From: a virus
Lineage: Duplodnaviria; Caudoviricetes
DNA length: 59,551 bases
IMG/VR virus record: IMGVR_UViG_3300010234_000012
Span: 1-59,551 of that record
Reading direction: 5' to 3' (one strand)
Below the pieces are notes generated by a model. The model had not been told where the DNA came from. It was given only the letters and a program-made list of their open reading frames with translations, and did not search any database. Below are positions 17,251 to 26,182 of the stretch, one piece after another; positions within the stretch are counted from its first letter, which is position 1; every line of letters begins with the position of its first letter. The position numbers and the translations under genes are program-made.

Positions 17251-17377
17251 GATCAAATATAAGAAAGAATATTACGACTACCTACACAATCACATCCTCG
17301 CCGTGAAGAAGGCTCTAGTAGCTGCCCTTCGGCGGGGTGAGAACCCAAGTGTGGTAGAGAGCTCAGGAGGTAACTGA
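17240..17377 (+). CDS. Hypothetical 45-aa protein
   Basis: GAGG RBS; fills gap, stop overlaps next ATG. Confidence 0.55.
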   Translation: MADEIKYKKEYYDYLHNHILAVKKALVAALRRGENPSVVESSGGN

Positions 17378-17715
17378 TGCTACGGGTGGACAATTTATCC
17401 GATATACTCACCCAGATTCTAACTGCACACAAAATTGATGTGTACCAAAGACATGATGATGATAGTTATAGCATGGTGGTTGAGTGGAGACTTGAAACAA
17501 AGGAGTTTATTTTAGGTGAACAACACACAATGGAGCAACTTGCTAGTATGTTCCGTGAGTTCCAAGCTAGTGTTAAGTTCTTTAATGAACCGCGTATTAA
17601 AGAGTTGGAGGGTGAGGCAGCTGTACTAGAAACTAAATTAGAGGCGGCTCTGGAGAAGGTAAACGAGCTAGAGAAGTTTAAGCAGGGTTTCCAGATAGCT
17701 AAGGAGTTGAAGTAA
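17377..17715 (+). CDS. Hypothetical protein with C-terminal coiled coil
   Basis: GGAGG RBS. Confidence 0.7.
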   Translation: MLRVDNLSDILTQILTAHKIDVYQRHDDDSYSMVVEWRLETKEFILGEQHTMEQLASMFREFQASVKFFNEPRIKELEGEAAVLETKLEAALEKVNELEKFKQGFQIAKELK

Positions 17716-18005
17716 TGCCTACCTATGTCTACACCTGCGAAGATTGTGAGGTCAGTATCGAGCTAGTGAGAAAGATCTCCGAACGTGATGACCCCATACC
17801 CGACTCCTGCATGTGTGCTGTACCTGCCTGGAAGAAGGAGATGTTTGCCCCCATGGTGATGAGAGAGTCCTACCCCGATGGCAAGAAGAGGTTCGGCCAC
17901 CTCAAGGAGAACCTGGAGATCAAGAAGGCAGTTGCATCAGCAAGGGAGACTGGTGATCGGAAAGAAGAGAAGTACCTTAAAGGTAAATTACGAAAGGATA
18001 AATAA
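17715..18005 (+). CDS. FmdB-family zinc-ribbon protein
   Basis: MPTYVYTCEDC...E......E......CMC. Confidence 0.8.
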   Translation: MPTYVYTCEDCEVSIELVRKISERDDPIPDSCMCAVPAWKKEMFAPMVMRESYPDGKKRFGHLKENLEIKKAVASARETGDRKEEKYLKGKLRKDK

Positions 18006-18388
18006 TGTTTGCAGTCAAAGGTAAGTTACGAGGAACAATAAACCGTAAGATGGATATCGAGGGGGAGTCCCGGATCGACTACCATAAGACCTGTGTAGTT
18101 CTGGATGAATTCACTGCGGTGAGTACAGAGACAGGGCGTGAGGTCAAGAACTTCAAGGCGGGTAAGACCTACGTACTCAGTAGTGACACTAAAGTAGCCG
18201 TCAAGGATGGTAGGTTAGTGATTGCTAAGTTCAACTCTGGTCTCTATGCCAGTGGTGTCGTCAGTGCCCCACCCGTACTGGACCCAAGCGATGGCTTGGT
18301 TAGGATGACTGCTACCTACACACCTTATGCAGATATACCAGCCAGCGAGTTTGAGGTAGACTTTGTTAAACTATATGTGACGGCATAG
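18005..18388 (+). CDS. Hypothetical protein
   Basis: Coupled ORF. Confidence 0.7.
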   Translation: MFAVKGKLRGTINRKMDIEGESRIDYHKTCVVLDEFTAVSTETGREVKNFKAGKTYVLSSDTKVAVKDGRLVIAKFNSGLYASGVVSAPPVLDPSDGLVRMTATYTPYADIPASEFEVDFVKLYVTA

Positions 18389-18390
18389 AT

Positions 18391-18690
18391 ATGAATTTTA
18401 TTGAAGCTATAAAGAGAGGCAAGCCAATCTTACGAAAGGGCGAAAGTTTCGTGTATGGTCCAATTGATACTGATACGATTGGCTATTTTACGATTAGCCG
18501 AGAAGATCTACTTTCAACAGATTGGGAAGTTGAAGAGAAACCTAAGGAGATTACTTTCACACAATTCTGGGAAGCTGTACAGGAGGCTTACAGAAAGTCT
18601 GATTCAGACCGTGGTATTAATTGGAGTAGAAGTAAAGTAATAGATGTCCTAGCACAGGAACTTGGTTTTAAGGATAAGGAGGAATCATGA
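18391..18690 (+). CDS. DUF2829/Tad2-like protein (tentative)
   Basis: MNFIEAIKRGKPILRKG...EDLLSTDWEV signature. Confidence 0.5.
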   Translation: MNFIEAIKRGKPILRKGESFVYGPIDTDTIGYFTISREDLLSTDWEVEEKPKEITFTQFWEAVQEAYRKSDSDRGINWSRSKVIDVLAQELGFKDKEES

Positions 18691-18905
18691 AAGAATTAAA
18701 CGATCTAATGGAACGCCTAAGCAAGCGCCTGGAGCAGATCAAGTCCACTATTGATGAGAATACTGAGAAGGTGGAGAGAGCTAACAATGAGCTAAGAGGC
18801 GAGTATGTAGGCCACGAGATGACAATGAACACAATCAAGGAAGTATTGGAAGGGAAAGCTGATGACAAAGAAGAAGGCAGTGATACGGAGTCTGAGGATA
18901 GCTAG
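18687..18905 (+). CDS. Coiled-coil hypothetical protein
   Basis: GGAGG RBS. Confidence 0.65.
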   Translation: MKELNDLMERLSKRLEQIKSTIDENTEKVERANNELRGEYVGHEMTMNTIKEVLEGKADDKEEGSDTESEDS

Positions 18906-19047
18906 AGATGATAACAAAGATGAGTCGATCTCTACTGATCGTAAGTTAAATATGCTTGTATCTAAGGTCCGGGACATGGACACTGAGATCAAGTCTCTTC
19001 GTCGGACGGTAATGAAGTTGCTTCGTCTCCTGAAGCATGACTCTTGA
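18862..19047 (+). CDS. Basic hypothetical protein, last gene of + arm
   Basis: ORF track. Confidence 0.5.
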   Translation: MTKKKAVIRSLRIARDDNKDESISTDRKLNMLVSKVRDMDTEIKSLRRTVMKLLRLLKHDS

Positions 19048-19228
19048 TATCTGGCGGGGCTCTCATCGGGAGCCTCGTCACCCCATTCCTGTCATTATCT
19101 GACACATACACCCTCGCCTCTCCCCTCACATGACTATACCCACATGCAGGACACTTACACCAATCATCCCTCTCGGGATGTGTAAGGGTATAAGCAACAT
19201 GGCACTCAGGACATATCAACTCAACCAC
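18989..19228 (-). CDS. Small zinc-finger protein
   Basis: CPEC...CPACG. Confidence 0.55.
   Translation of the reverse strand: MVELICPECHVAYTLTHPERDDWCKCPACGYSHVRGEARVYVSDNDRNGVTRLPMRAPPDIKSHASGDEATSLPSDEET
19052..19080 (+). terminator. Hairpin at the convergence of the two arms
   Basis: TGGCGGGGCTCTC-ATC-GGGAGCCTCGTCA, 13-bp stem with G-U pairs; no U tract. Confidence 0.45.
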
Positions 19229-19431
19229 TCAGACGGCGCTGGCTTACGCTTAGGCATTGCAGTAGGTACTGGTTCTTCTACACTGTAGTCCTCAGGTTCC
19301 TGCTTCTTCTTCTTTTTCTTCTTCGGCTTTTTATCCGAGTCCTCTTTATCCTTCTCATCCTCTGGGAGATCCTCCCGCAGATAATCAAGAATCTCCAAGG
19401 TCCGTGCCGAGTTATCTTTCTTACTCTTCAT
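19216..19431 (-). CDS. Highly charged small protein
   Basis: AGGAG RBS; poly-Lys and acidic tracts. Confidence 0.6.
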   Translation of the reverse strand: MKSKKDNSARTLEILDYLREDLPEDEKDKEDSDKKPKKKKKKKQEPEDYSVEEPVPTAMPKRKPAPSEWLS

Positions 19432-19615
19432 TGGCAGGTCTCTCCTGGATTGTCTCTTTGATTTTGTTAAACCACTCATCATCCTTGGTAGTCTTAGTAG
19501 ACTTCACAGCCTGCTCAGCTGCCCAAAGCAATGCCCACTCAACGAACTCTTCACTCGCCAAGCGTAGCGCCCAGCTACCTAGTGTGCTTAGTAAAGCTTT
19601 TAATACTAATTGCAT
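19421..19615 (-). CDS. Hypothetical protein (possible lysis accessory)
   Basis: Coupled to ejection protein gene; amphipathic, KTTKDD motif. Confidence 0.6.
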   Translation of the reverse strand: MQLVLKALLSTLGSWALRLASEEFVEWALLWAAEQAVKSTKTTKDDEWFNKIKETIQERPANEE

Positions 19616-22600
19616 TATTCTTCTCCTGTTGCCTTTTCAATTTCCCTGTATATACGAGCTGCTCCACCAATGCCCGGTGCAAATGGTGACGCTGTTTTCA
19701 TTAGTTGCTTCGCCGCTCTCTTACCTTCCCTGTCCTTGGCCAAACTCATTGCCCTAGTCACATCAAATGGTATCTTCGCCAGTGGTGGTATGCTCAGGTC
19801 TGTTACGGCAGATAGTGGTGAGTACTTCGTCAAGCTACTAGCCATCGTCAGCTTAGCCAGCGGAGAGTCCATTGCATCCACATCCTCAAGCATCTCATCC
19901 CCTAACATAAGCAATGCCATAGGAGCTATGTACTTCAGTGCTGGAGCCTTAATCTTATCAAACCCCTGCCTGTATTTCACGAGATCAGTGATATCTCCCA
20001 TGACCATCATAGGCCACTTGGTAAACATCGAGACCAACCTGCCATAATCCTGCCCGAATTGGCTCAACCCCGACTTACCATAGTTGAACTGTGTCTTGCG
20101 GACCAGCCATTTCGCCAGCTCATCCTTTGCCCGTTGCTCCTGCCCATTGGCAACTAGGTAGTCAAACATCTCACGCTTGCCCTTCGGCAGTCTCTTCATG
20201 AATGTCTGAGCCCCCTTCACGGACCCTTTGATTATATCATCTCCCAGGTCTTGGGCAATATGCCAGGTGAGGTATCTGTTCACGGAGTCTGAGTTGGCAT
20301 ACAGCTTCATCCCGAACTCGCTAAAGTTATCTATCATTTCTGTTAGCTTGCCGAGCCCCGGCACAGATCTCATGCCCTCAGCCACTGATTTCCTCACAGC
20401 CTCGCCATGGAATTGATCTCCCACCAATCCTCGATCCTGGAGGAACCTCTGTATATCCTTGCCTTTAGATAACCTAGCTTTGATTGCCTTACTCCATCCC
20501 CGCGCTGTTACTGTGCGACCGTAACCACCACCTATCTCTGGTGCGGTCAGGAAGATCGTCTGGGTAAGGTTACGCAATGGAGCTGCCACATTCCAACCTA
20601 ACAGATTCGGGTAGATCTGTGATGTCGTCCAACCCAAGAAGTCAGGAGCTGCAACCATCGCCCTGGTGCCCCAGTCAGCTACTGGCCCTAAGCCACCCTG
20701 ATCCAGCTTCCTACCCCACTTGGCCTTCCAACGAGTACCCATGGCATGTAGGTAGGCATTAGCGTTCGACTGCTGGCCTGACATGCGCTGAAGGAAATGA
20801 TCCAGGACATCTGCCCCTTTGTTCGCTCCAAGCCCACGGAGGACTCGCTGCTGGCTGTGTAAGGCTCTAAAAGCATCCTGGTAGTATACAGCCTTTAGGT
20901 TACTATTCAAGTACCTGAGAGCGGCCTTCTCGACATTCGTTTCTCTTAGTAGTTCTGGTATCTTATCCCCACGGCGAAACAATGCCCCCGCCTCTTGACC
21001 GAGCCTGCGTTTGGTAGCCCCAGACTGGGTAATACTATCTATTGCCTTAACCACCTCAAGTTTACTCTTCGGCGTGTGGCCTAGGATGTCCTCGATCGCC
21101 TCATCGAACTGTGCAAACCTGGCCTTACCTGGTACATACTCCTTGGCAATACGATCCCACTTCTTCAGCATGGTTCTTTGGGCTACATCCAGCTCCACTC
21201 TTTGGTGAGGGAAGTACCCCTCTAACTTGTTCGGAGTATATCCCTGGTCGATCATATGCTCTCTAGCGTCGGCAAACCACTTCTTCCAATCATTAACTAA
21301 AGCCTTCTGGTCGTCACTCAGCCCCGAAAGCATTTTGTTGTATTGTCGCCCTTTACCTGTATCAGCTCCATATGCCTCAAGTTCCATTAATTGCTTGATA
21401 CGATGTACTTTATTTTTAGGAAACAGTTTAGTATTTCTTGACTGTAGTTTCTTAAGCTGCTGAAGAAAGGGGGCAGCGGCAACGGATACCCTGTTGTTAG
21501 ATTCGGCAAATTGAGCTAGCGCATCTTCTACACCTGTACCAAATACCCTGTCGTACTCAGTAAATCTCATTAGAGGGTCTTTCAAGTACCCCAAAAATTC
21601 CCTCTCTAAGGGATCTCCTGTCTTAGCCAACTGTGCGGCAAATTCATCTACAAACTCATTGGTCGCCTTAACTTGTTCCTTACTGAATATATACTGCTCC
21701 CAGTGTTTCTGCTGTAACTCGGGAGAGGTCTTAGTCCAGGTAGATTTGAATGCCTTAAGATCCTGCTTGGTGAGCTTCTCCATTGCTGGCTTAAGTTGTG
21801 AATATTTAATAAACTCCTGCGGCAAGGTCTCCGGCATAGTCTTATCTGCTGTCTCAAATGCTGTGACTGCGCGGATATGAACACCTTCTCCGTACTCCTC
21901 AGCGAATTCAGCTGCCTGCTTTGCCGCCGCTTTGCTCATAGGCCTGCCTGATTTAGCTGATTGTCCAGCAGCATGTCCCAACCAAGCCTTCGCAAAGGGC
22001 TTGAGTTTACTTCCTGCCTTAGCTACCAACTTGAATGCACCGGCTGTTACAGCAGCGCCTGCGGAATAAGTCGCGGCCTCTAGTGGGATATCCTTAAGCT
22101 TATCTGCCTTACCTGCACCAAACATAGCGCCACCTATAGCAGCACCCTTAACTCCGTAGTTGGCCCACCCCATACCCGGAACAAAGGCAGCGGCTACACC
22201 ACCTACAACCTCCCCGGCTAAATAGGATTTAGGGTTCGCCTTCTCAGCATCCTGGTATCTTTGCCGCACTTCCGACAAAACCTGATCATATTCCTGACCA
22301 GTGACAGCCGACTTCAAACGAGCCTCAAACTCATCTGCCCAAGAATAGGTAAGGGATTGTATTGCCCCTAAGGCAGCGGACTCTGGCTCTGTAACCTTAC
22401 TGCCCTGTAGTGAATCAAGGCTAATCTTTTTGGGTTTCTCGGCTAGGGAGCTTAGGCTAATTTGTTTTGGTTTCTCTGGAACTAATCCCTGAAGATAGGT
22501 ATCAACTGGCTGATTATGCTCTGCTAAAGGAACCTCTTTCATCTGCCCACTAAGTTGTTTAGTGGCTCCACCCTCCCCTAAATAGTGGACTAAGGTGGCT

Positions 22601-22968
22601 AACTCTTGCCTTGACTTATCTGGAAATTTCTTTTCTAGTCTCTTGACGGAAGGTATGACACGATTTTTAAAATACCATCCAAACAGTTTATTTTGATCTT
22701 CTCTTGACCTACTTAACTCTTCTGGGCTTTTATCCTTAGGGAGGAATGCATCAAGCCCCTTACCAAATGCCTTTTTAACATCCTCTTCCCACCAACTAGG
22801 GACAAACTGGTATAAACCCTTAGCACTTGTCTTGGGGTTGATGGCGGCTGGATCACCTGTTGATTCTCGTTGAGCTAGGTTATCCCTCCAGGATTGGTAA
22901 TCATTACCCATATCCATAAAGGGATCAGTCATAGGCTCGTTTAATGCAGATAAATCAATATCAGGCAT
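19615..22968 (-). CDS. Large internal virion/ejection protein with N-terminal lysozyme-like transglycosylase domain
   Basis: RESTGD..A.N...SAKGLYQF motif; size and position like T7 gp16. Confidence 0.8.
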   Translation of the reverse strand: MPDIDLSALNEPMTDPFMDMGNDYQSWRDNLAQRESTGDPAAINPKTSAKGLYQFVPSWWEEDVKKAFGKGLDAFLPKDKSPEELSRSREDQNKLFGWYFKNRVIPSVKRLEKKFPDKSRQELATLVHYLGEGGATKQLSGQMKEVPLAEHNQPVDTYLQGLVPEKPKQISLSSLAEKPKKISLDSLQGSKVTEPESAALGAIQSLTYSWADEFEARLKSAVTGQEYDQVLSEVRQRYQDAEKANPKSYLAGEVVGGVAAAFVPGMGWANYGVKGAAIGGAMFGAGKADKLKDIPLEAATYSAGAAVTAGAFKLVAKAGSKLKPFAKAWLGHAAGQSAKSGRPMSKAAAKQAAEFAEEYGEGVHIRAVTAFETADKTMPETLPQEFIKYSQLKPAMEKLTKQDLKAFKSTWTKTSPELQQKHWEQYIFSKEQVKATNEFVDEFAAQLAKTGDPLEREFLGYLKDPLMRFTEYDRVFGTGVEDALAQFAESNNRVSVAAAPFLQQLKKLQSRNTKLFPKNKVHRIKQLMELEAYGADTGKGRQYNKMLSGLSDDQKALVNDWKKWFADAREHMIDQGYTPNKLEGYFPHQRVELDVAQRTMLKKWDRIAKEYVPGKARFAQFDEAIEDILGHTPKSKLEVVKAIDSITQSGATKRRLGQEAGALFRRGDKIPELLRETNVEKAALRYLNSNLKAVYYQDAFRALHSQQRVLRGLGANKGADVLDHFLQRMSGQQSNANAYLHAMGTRWKAKWGRKLDQGGLGPVADWGTRAMVAAPDFLGWTTSQIYPNLLGWNVAAPLRNLTQTIFLTAPEIGGGYGRTVTARGWSKAIKARLSKGKDIQRFLQDRGLVGDQFHGEAVRKSVAEGMRSVPGLGKLTEMIDNFSEFGMKLYANSDSVNRYLTWHIAQDLGDDIIKGSVKGAQTFMKRLPKGKREMFDYLVANGQEQRAKDELAKWLVRKTQFNYGKSGLSQFGQDYGRLVSMFTKWPMMVMGDITDLVKYRQGFDKIKAPALKYIAPMALLMLGDEMLEDVDAMDSPLAKLTMASSLTKYSPLSAVTDLSIPPLAKIPFDVTRAMSLAKDREGKRAAKQLMKTASPFAPGIGGAARIYREIEKATGEE

Positions 22969-22970
22969 TA

Positions 22971-24239
22971 TTAATAATCCTTAGGAATTTGGTTATTATC
23001 TTTAAGTGCTTGAATAACATCAGCACGACTTGCCCCTCGATTCTTAGGATCTGCAAGTACCTTGTTGATCATAGATTCATACTCAGAATTAGTATCCATT
23101 GCTGGCTGAGTAGCGGGTGTGGGTGCAGACGTAGTGGCGGGTCCTAAGAAATACTTCTCCATTAGAGGCAATACCCTTTGATATACTTCATCCATATCTG
23201 CTGGATCTGGATCATCTATTAAAGAGAACATAACCTCATCGAAGGCTGCTGCTTGAGCCTCTTCTTTAGGGACTCCGGCAGCTACTAAGTAACCTTTGAT
23301 TGCCTCTGCCTTAGCTTCCTTATCTGAATTATCTTGAGTGGAAGTAACCCTAATCTTATCTAAAACCTTCATAGCCTTCTCTCTTTGATCCTTGGAGAGA
23401 CTGGCTAGGGCTTTTTGGTTAGCCCCCTTAGCTTTAGCTCCCGCCAATTCGCGCTGGAGATCTCTATCTTTTTGGGATTCCTTACTTCTCTGCTCCATAC
23501 CAGCTACAGTCATCACGTCACGACCAGCAGCCGCCTCCTGAGATTTAGCCTCCCGTCGTTGAGCAGCGATATCAGCTACCTTGTCTCGGAACCTTTTGAG
23601 TACCCTATCTCGCTCTTTGTCAAAATCCTTCTTAGTGAACTCCAATCCTGACATATCTGTGCCAGTCTTAAGCCCATGCATTGCGGCTCCTATCTGGGCT
23701 ACGGCATGGGATAGCTCTTGGATTAGCTCCTTCTTGTCTATGGCAGCTTCACGCTTCTCCATATTAGATTCAGCCTGATCTATCTTCTTCTCAAGTTGCG
23801 TATAAAGAGGTTTGAACTCTGCTTGTACTTTTTTTCGGGCCTCATTAAGACGACCGGCTAGGCTGCTATCCTTCTTTTCTTTGCTATCCTTGGACTCATC
23901 CGTAGAGGGAGCATTCTTTGGAGCAGGTTGTTTGCCGGGTTCTCTACCTACTATTGTAGATTGAGTTAAGGTTTGAGGTGTATACTCAGGATCGGGCGTA
24001 GTTTCCTCTTTGCTTGACGGCTTATAGTTAGCTCTCATCCTACTAGGAGAGTCAACTTGCTTAACTTCTATATCCCCGTTATCGCCAGCAGGCTCACTAA
24101 TAGAAGACCAAATACGCTGGAAAATACCCTCTTCCTCGTCGTCCTCTGCCTTCTTAGTCATCTCTTCTTGAGAGCTACTTGGACTGAATCCGGTCGAATC
24201 CATCCTTGACATTAATGTAGTATTTGGAACCTTAGCCAC
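22971..24239 (-). CDS. Internal virion protein
   Basis: Helical/coiled-coil protein in ejection cluster. Confidence 0.6.
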   Translation of the reverse strand: MAKVPNTTLMSRMDSTGFSPSSSQEEMTKKAEDDEEEGIFQRIWSSISEPAGDNGDIEVKQVDSPSRMRANYKPSSKEETTPDPEYTPQTLTQSTIVGREPGKQPAPKNAPSTDESKDSKEKKDSSLAGRLNEARKKVQAEFKPLYTQLEKKIDQAESNMEKREAAIDKKELIQELSHAVAQIGAAMHGLKTGTDMSGLEFTKKDFDKERDRVLKRFRDKVADIAAQRREAKSQEAAAGRDVMTVAGMEQRSKESQKDRDLQRELAGAKAKGANQKALASLSKDQREKAMKVLDKIRVTSTQDNSDKEAKAEAIKGYLVAAGVPKEEAQAAAFDEVMFSLIDDPDPADMDEVYQRVLPLMEKYFLGPATTSAPTPATQPAMDTNSEYESMINKVLADPKNRGASRADVIQALKDNNQIPKDY

Positions 24240-24251
24240 CTTGTTCTCCTA

Positions 24252-25220
24252 TTAACTTTCTACCTGTGAACCAACCGCCGAACCTACAGCACCACCAATC
24301 ATTGCTCCACCAGCCGCTCCGACACCTGTTGGGGCAAAGACTGCTGCGCCTACAATCGTACCAGCTGCTCTCCACATGGCTGCGTTATTCTTAGCCTTAG
24401 CTTTCTCTTTACGTGCCTTTTCCTGTATCTTCTTCTTGTATAATAGTAGTTTCTTTTCGTGCTCGAAGTCTCGCTGAGCCTCTTCCTTCATCTGGGATTG
24501 CTCTAGCTCCTGGGCCAGCTTCTTATACATAGTGTCGAGCAATTGGATCTTACGGCTGTAATCTTGCTTAGCCTGCTGTGCCTCCATCTCGAACTCTTGC
24601 TCGTTCTTGAAGTTCATGATCTTCCAGTCGGCAAGCTGCCTCTCATTGGAGAACTTCCTACCCATCTCATCTCTCTGGAATATCAGGCGTTGGTCAAATA
24701 TCTTCTGCTTAACATCCCGTCCTAACTTATCCAGATCACTGCGCTGCTTGATGGTAAGCATTTGTAGCCTATTATCTTTCTCAATGCCGTGTGCCTGCAA
24801 CGATTGCGCTGACTGGATCTCTCGTCGAGTGATTCTCTTGCGGGACTCCAACTCTGCTGTCTCCAGGCGTACCCGTTGGGCCATTGACTTCTCTGCTTCA
24901 TCCTTTTCCAGGGCCTGTCCTCTACGTGCGAGATCTCCCTGCTGCTTGATAGCCTGCTGCCGAATACCCATCTGCCCTATTTGCTTCAGTCTCTGTTGAG
25001 CTCGCTGCTGCATCTGACTCTGCTGGCCCACCATCTGCTGTGTCGCCTGTGTACCTACCTGTTGAGCTGCTTGGTTTGAGGGCATACCACGAGGTACTCC
25101 CGCCATCTGCTGCTGGAATTGAATATCAGATGCTGCCTGAGAACGCTTCTGGCTCTCGGCGTCTAGTCCTGGGATAGCTCCCACTAAACCTTTAAGTGTA
25201 TCTGCCATTAAGGTGTCCAC
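24252..25220 (-). CDS. Internal virion/DNA ejection protein with C-terminal glycine zipper
   Basis: Gln-rich coil; GTIVGAAVFAPTGVGAAGGAMIGGAVG. Confidence 0.65.
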   Translation of the reverse strand: MDTLMADTLKGLVGAIPGLDAESQKRSQAASDIQFQQQMAGVPRGMPSNQAAQQVGTQATQQMVGQQSQMQQRAQQRLKQIGQMGIRQQAIKQQGDLARRGQALEKDEAEKSMAQRVRLETAELESRKRITRREIQSAQSLQAHGIEKDNRLQMLTIKQRSDLDKLGRDVKQKIFDQRLIFQRDEMGRKFSNERQLADWKIMNFKNEQEFEMEAQQAKQDYSRKIQLLDTMYKKLAQELEQSQMKEEAQRDFEHEKKLLLYKKKIQEKARKEKAKAKNNAAMWRAAGTIVGAAVFAPTGVGAAGGAMIGGAVGSAVGSQVES

Positions 25221-26182
25221 TCCCCGCCTGAGTTGTCGTCATACGCAGCTGTACGGTCGCTACCTACAGAGATCTCACTGGTATCTGTAGCCTCGGAACT
25301 AAAATCAAAGTCCCCATATTTCGCTGCGGCGGCTCCAGCTTCGCCAATCCCGGTCCAAAGCATTCTATTGTTCTCGTCCTCGATCGCTGCCATTGCTAGA
25401 TCCAGGGCGGCATTGATGTCTATCTTAGATAGCTCCTCTTCCCACTCTCTGCGGTCTGCATTAAAGGACTCACGAAAGGCTAACTCATCCATAACTTGAG
25501 AGAAGTTGTCGCCAAGCCTCATTAGCTCCATCTCTTCTCGCCACTGGATATCATCCTTCAGCATACGCCTACGCCCCATACGATCCACTGTAGCTGTGTA
25601 CTGCTGGTCCTGTAGGGATAGGTTAAATCCTAGTTGCTCAAGGGCAGAGGCGTCTCGTCTGAATTCTAGCTCTTTCTGACTCTGCTGGAAGGTAGCGAAT
25701 ACGTCCTCCATAGTAGACTCTCGATCGGCTGCTAGTGCCCTGAGCGTTTGCCTAGACTTCGCATTAACTGACTCCATCTTCATTCGCTCACTGGAGGTTA
25801 GCTTAGCTGTGGCTAGATCCTCTGCTCCACGAATACCCTGCTGTGCAAGGATGTCACGAGTGAATCTCTCCTGTTGCTGCAGGTCAGCCGCTAGATCCTG
25901 CTGTGATTTGGTCTGCTGCTCTTGTTGCTGGAGTTGCTGCTCTTGAGTCTTAAGTTCCTCGGCTTGAAGGGCTCCAGTGATCTTCTGCTCTTTTTTCAGC
26001 TCCTTCGCCTGGTCCAGCACAGATTGCTGACCTAGTGAGGATGCCTTGAATGTCTGCGGCCCGCCTGCTTTACCTGTCTTAGCTTGCAGTATTTTCTGTG
26101 CCTGCTCCTGACGATTAGGCTCAACCGTAGGGGCGGGAGTGTCCTGTAACCTTTGACTAACTTGTTCAAATAAAGTTGGCAT
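25208..26182 (-). CDS. Internal virion protein
   Basis: Gln-rich helical protein in ejection cluster. Confidence 0.6.
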   Translation of the reverse strand: MPTLFEQVSQRLQDTPAPTVEPNRQEQAQKILQAKTGKAGGPQTFKASSLGQQSVLDQAKELKKEQKITGALQAEELKTQEQQLQQQEQQTKSQQDLAADLQQQERFTRDILAQQGIRGAEDLATAKLTSSERMKMESVNAKSRQTLRALAADRESTMEDVFATFQQSQKELEFRRDASALEQLGFNLSLQDQQYTATVDRMGRRRMLKDDIQWREEMELMRLGDNFSQVMDELAFRESFNADRREWEEELSKIDINAALDLAMAAIEDENNRMLWTGIGEAGAAAAKYGDFDFSSEATDTSEISVGSDRTAAYDDNSGGEWTP

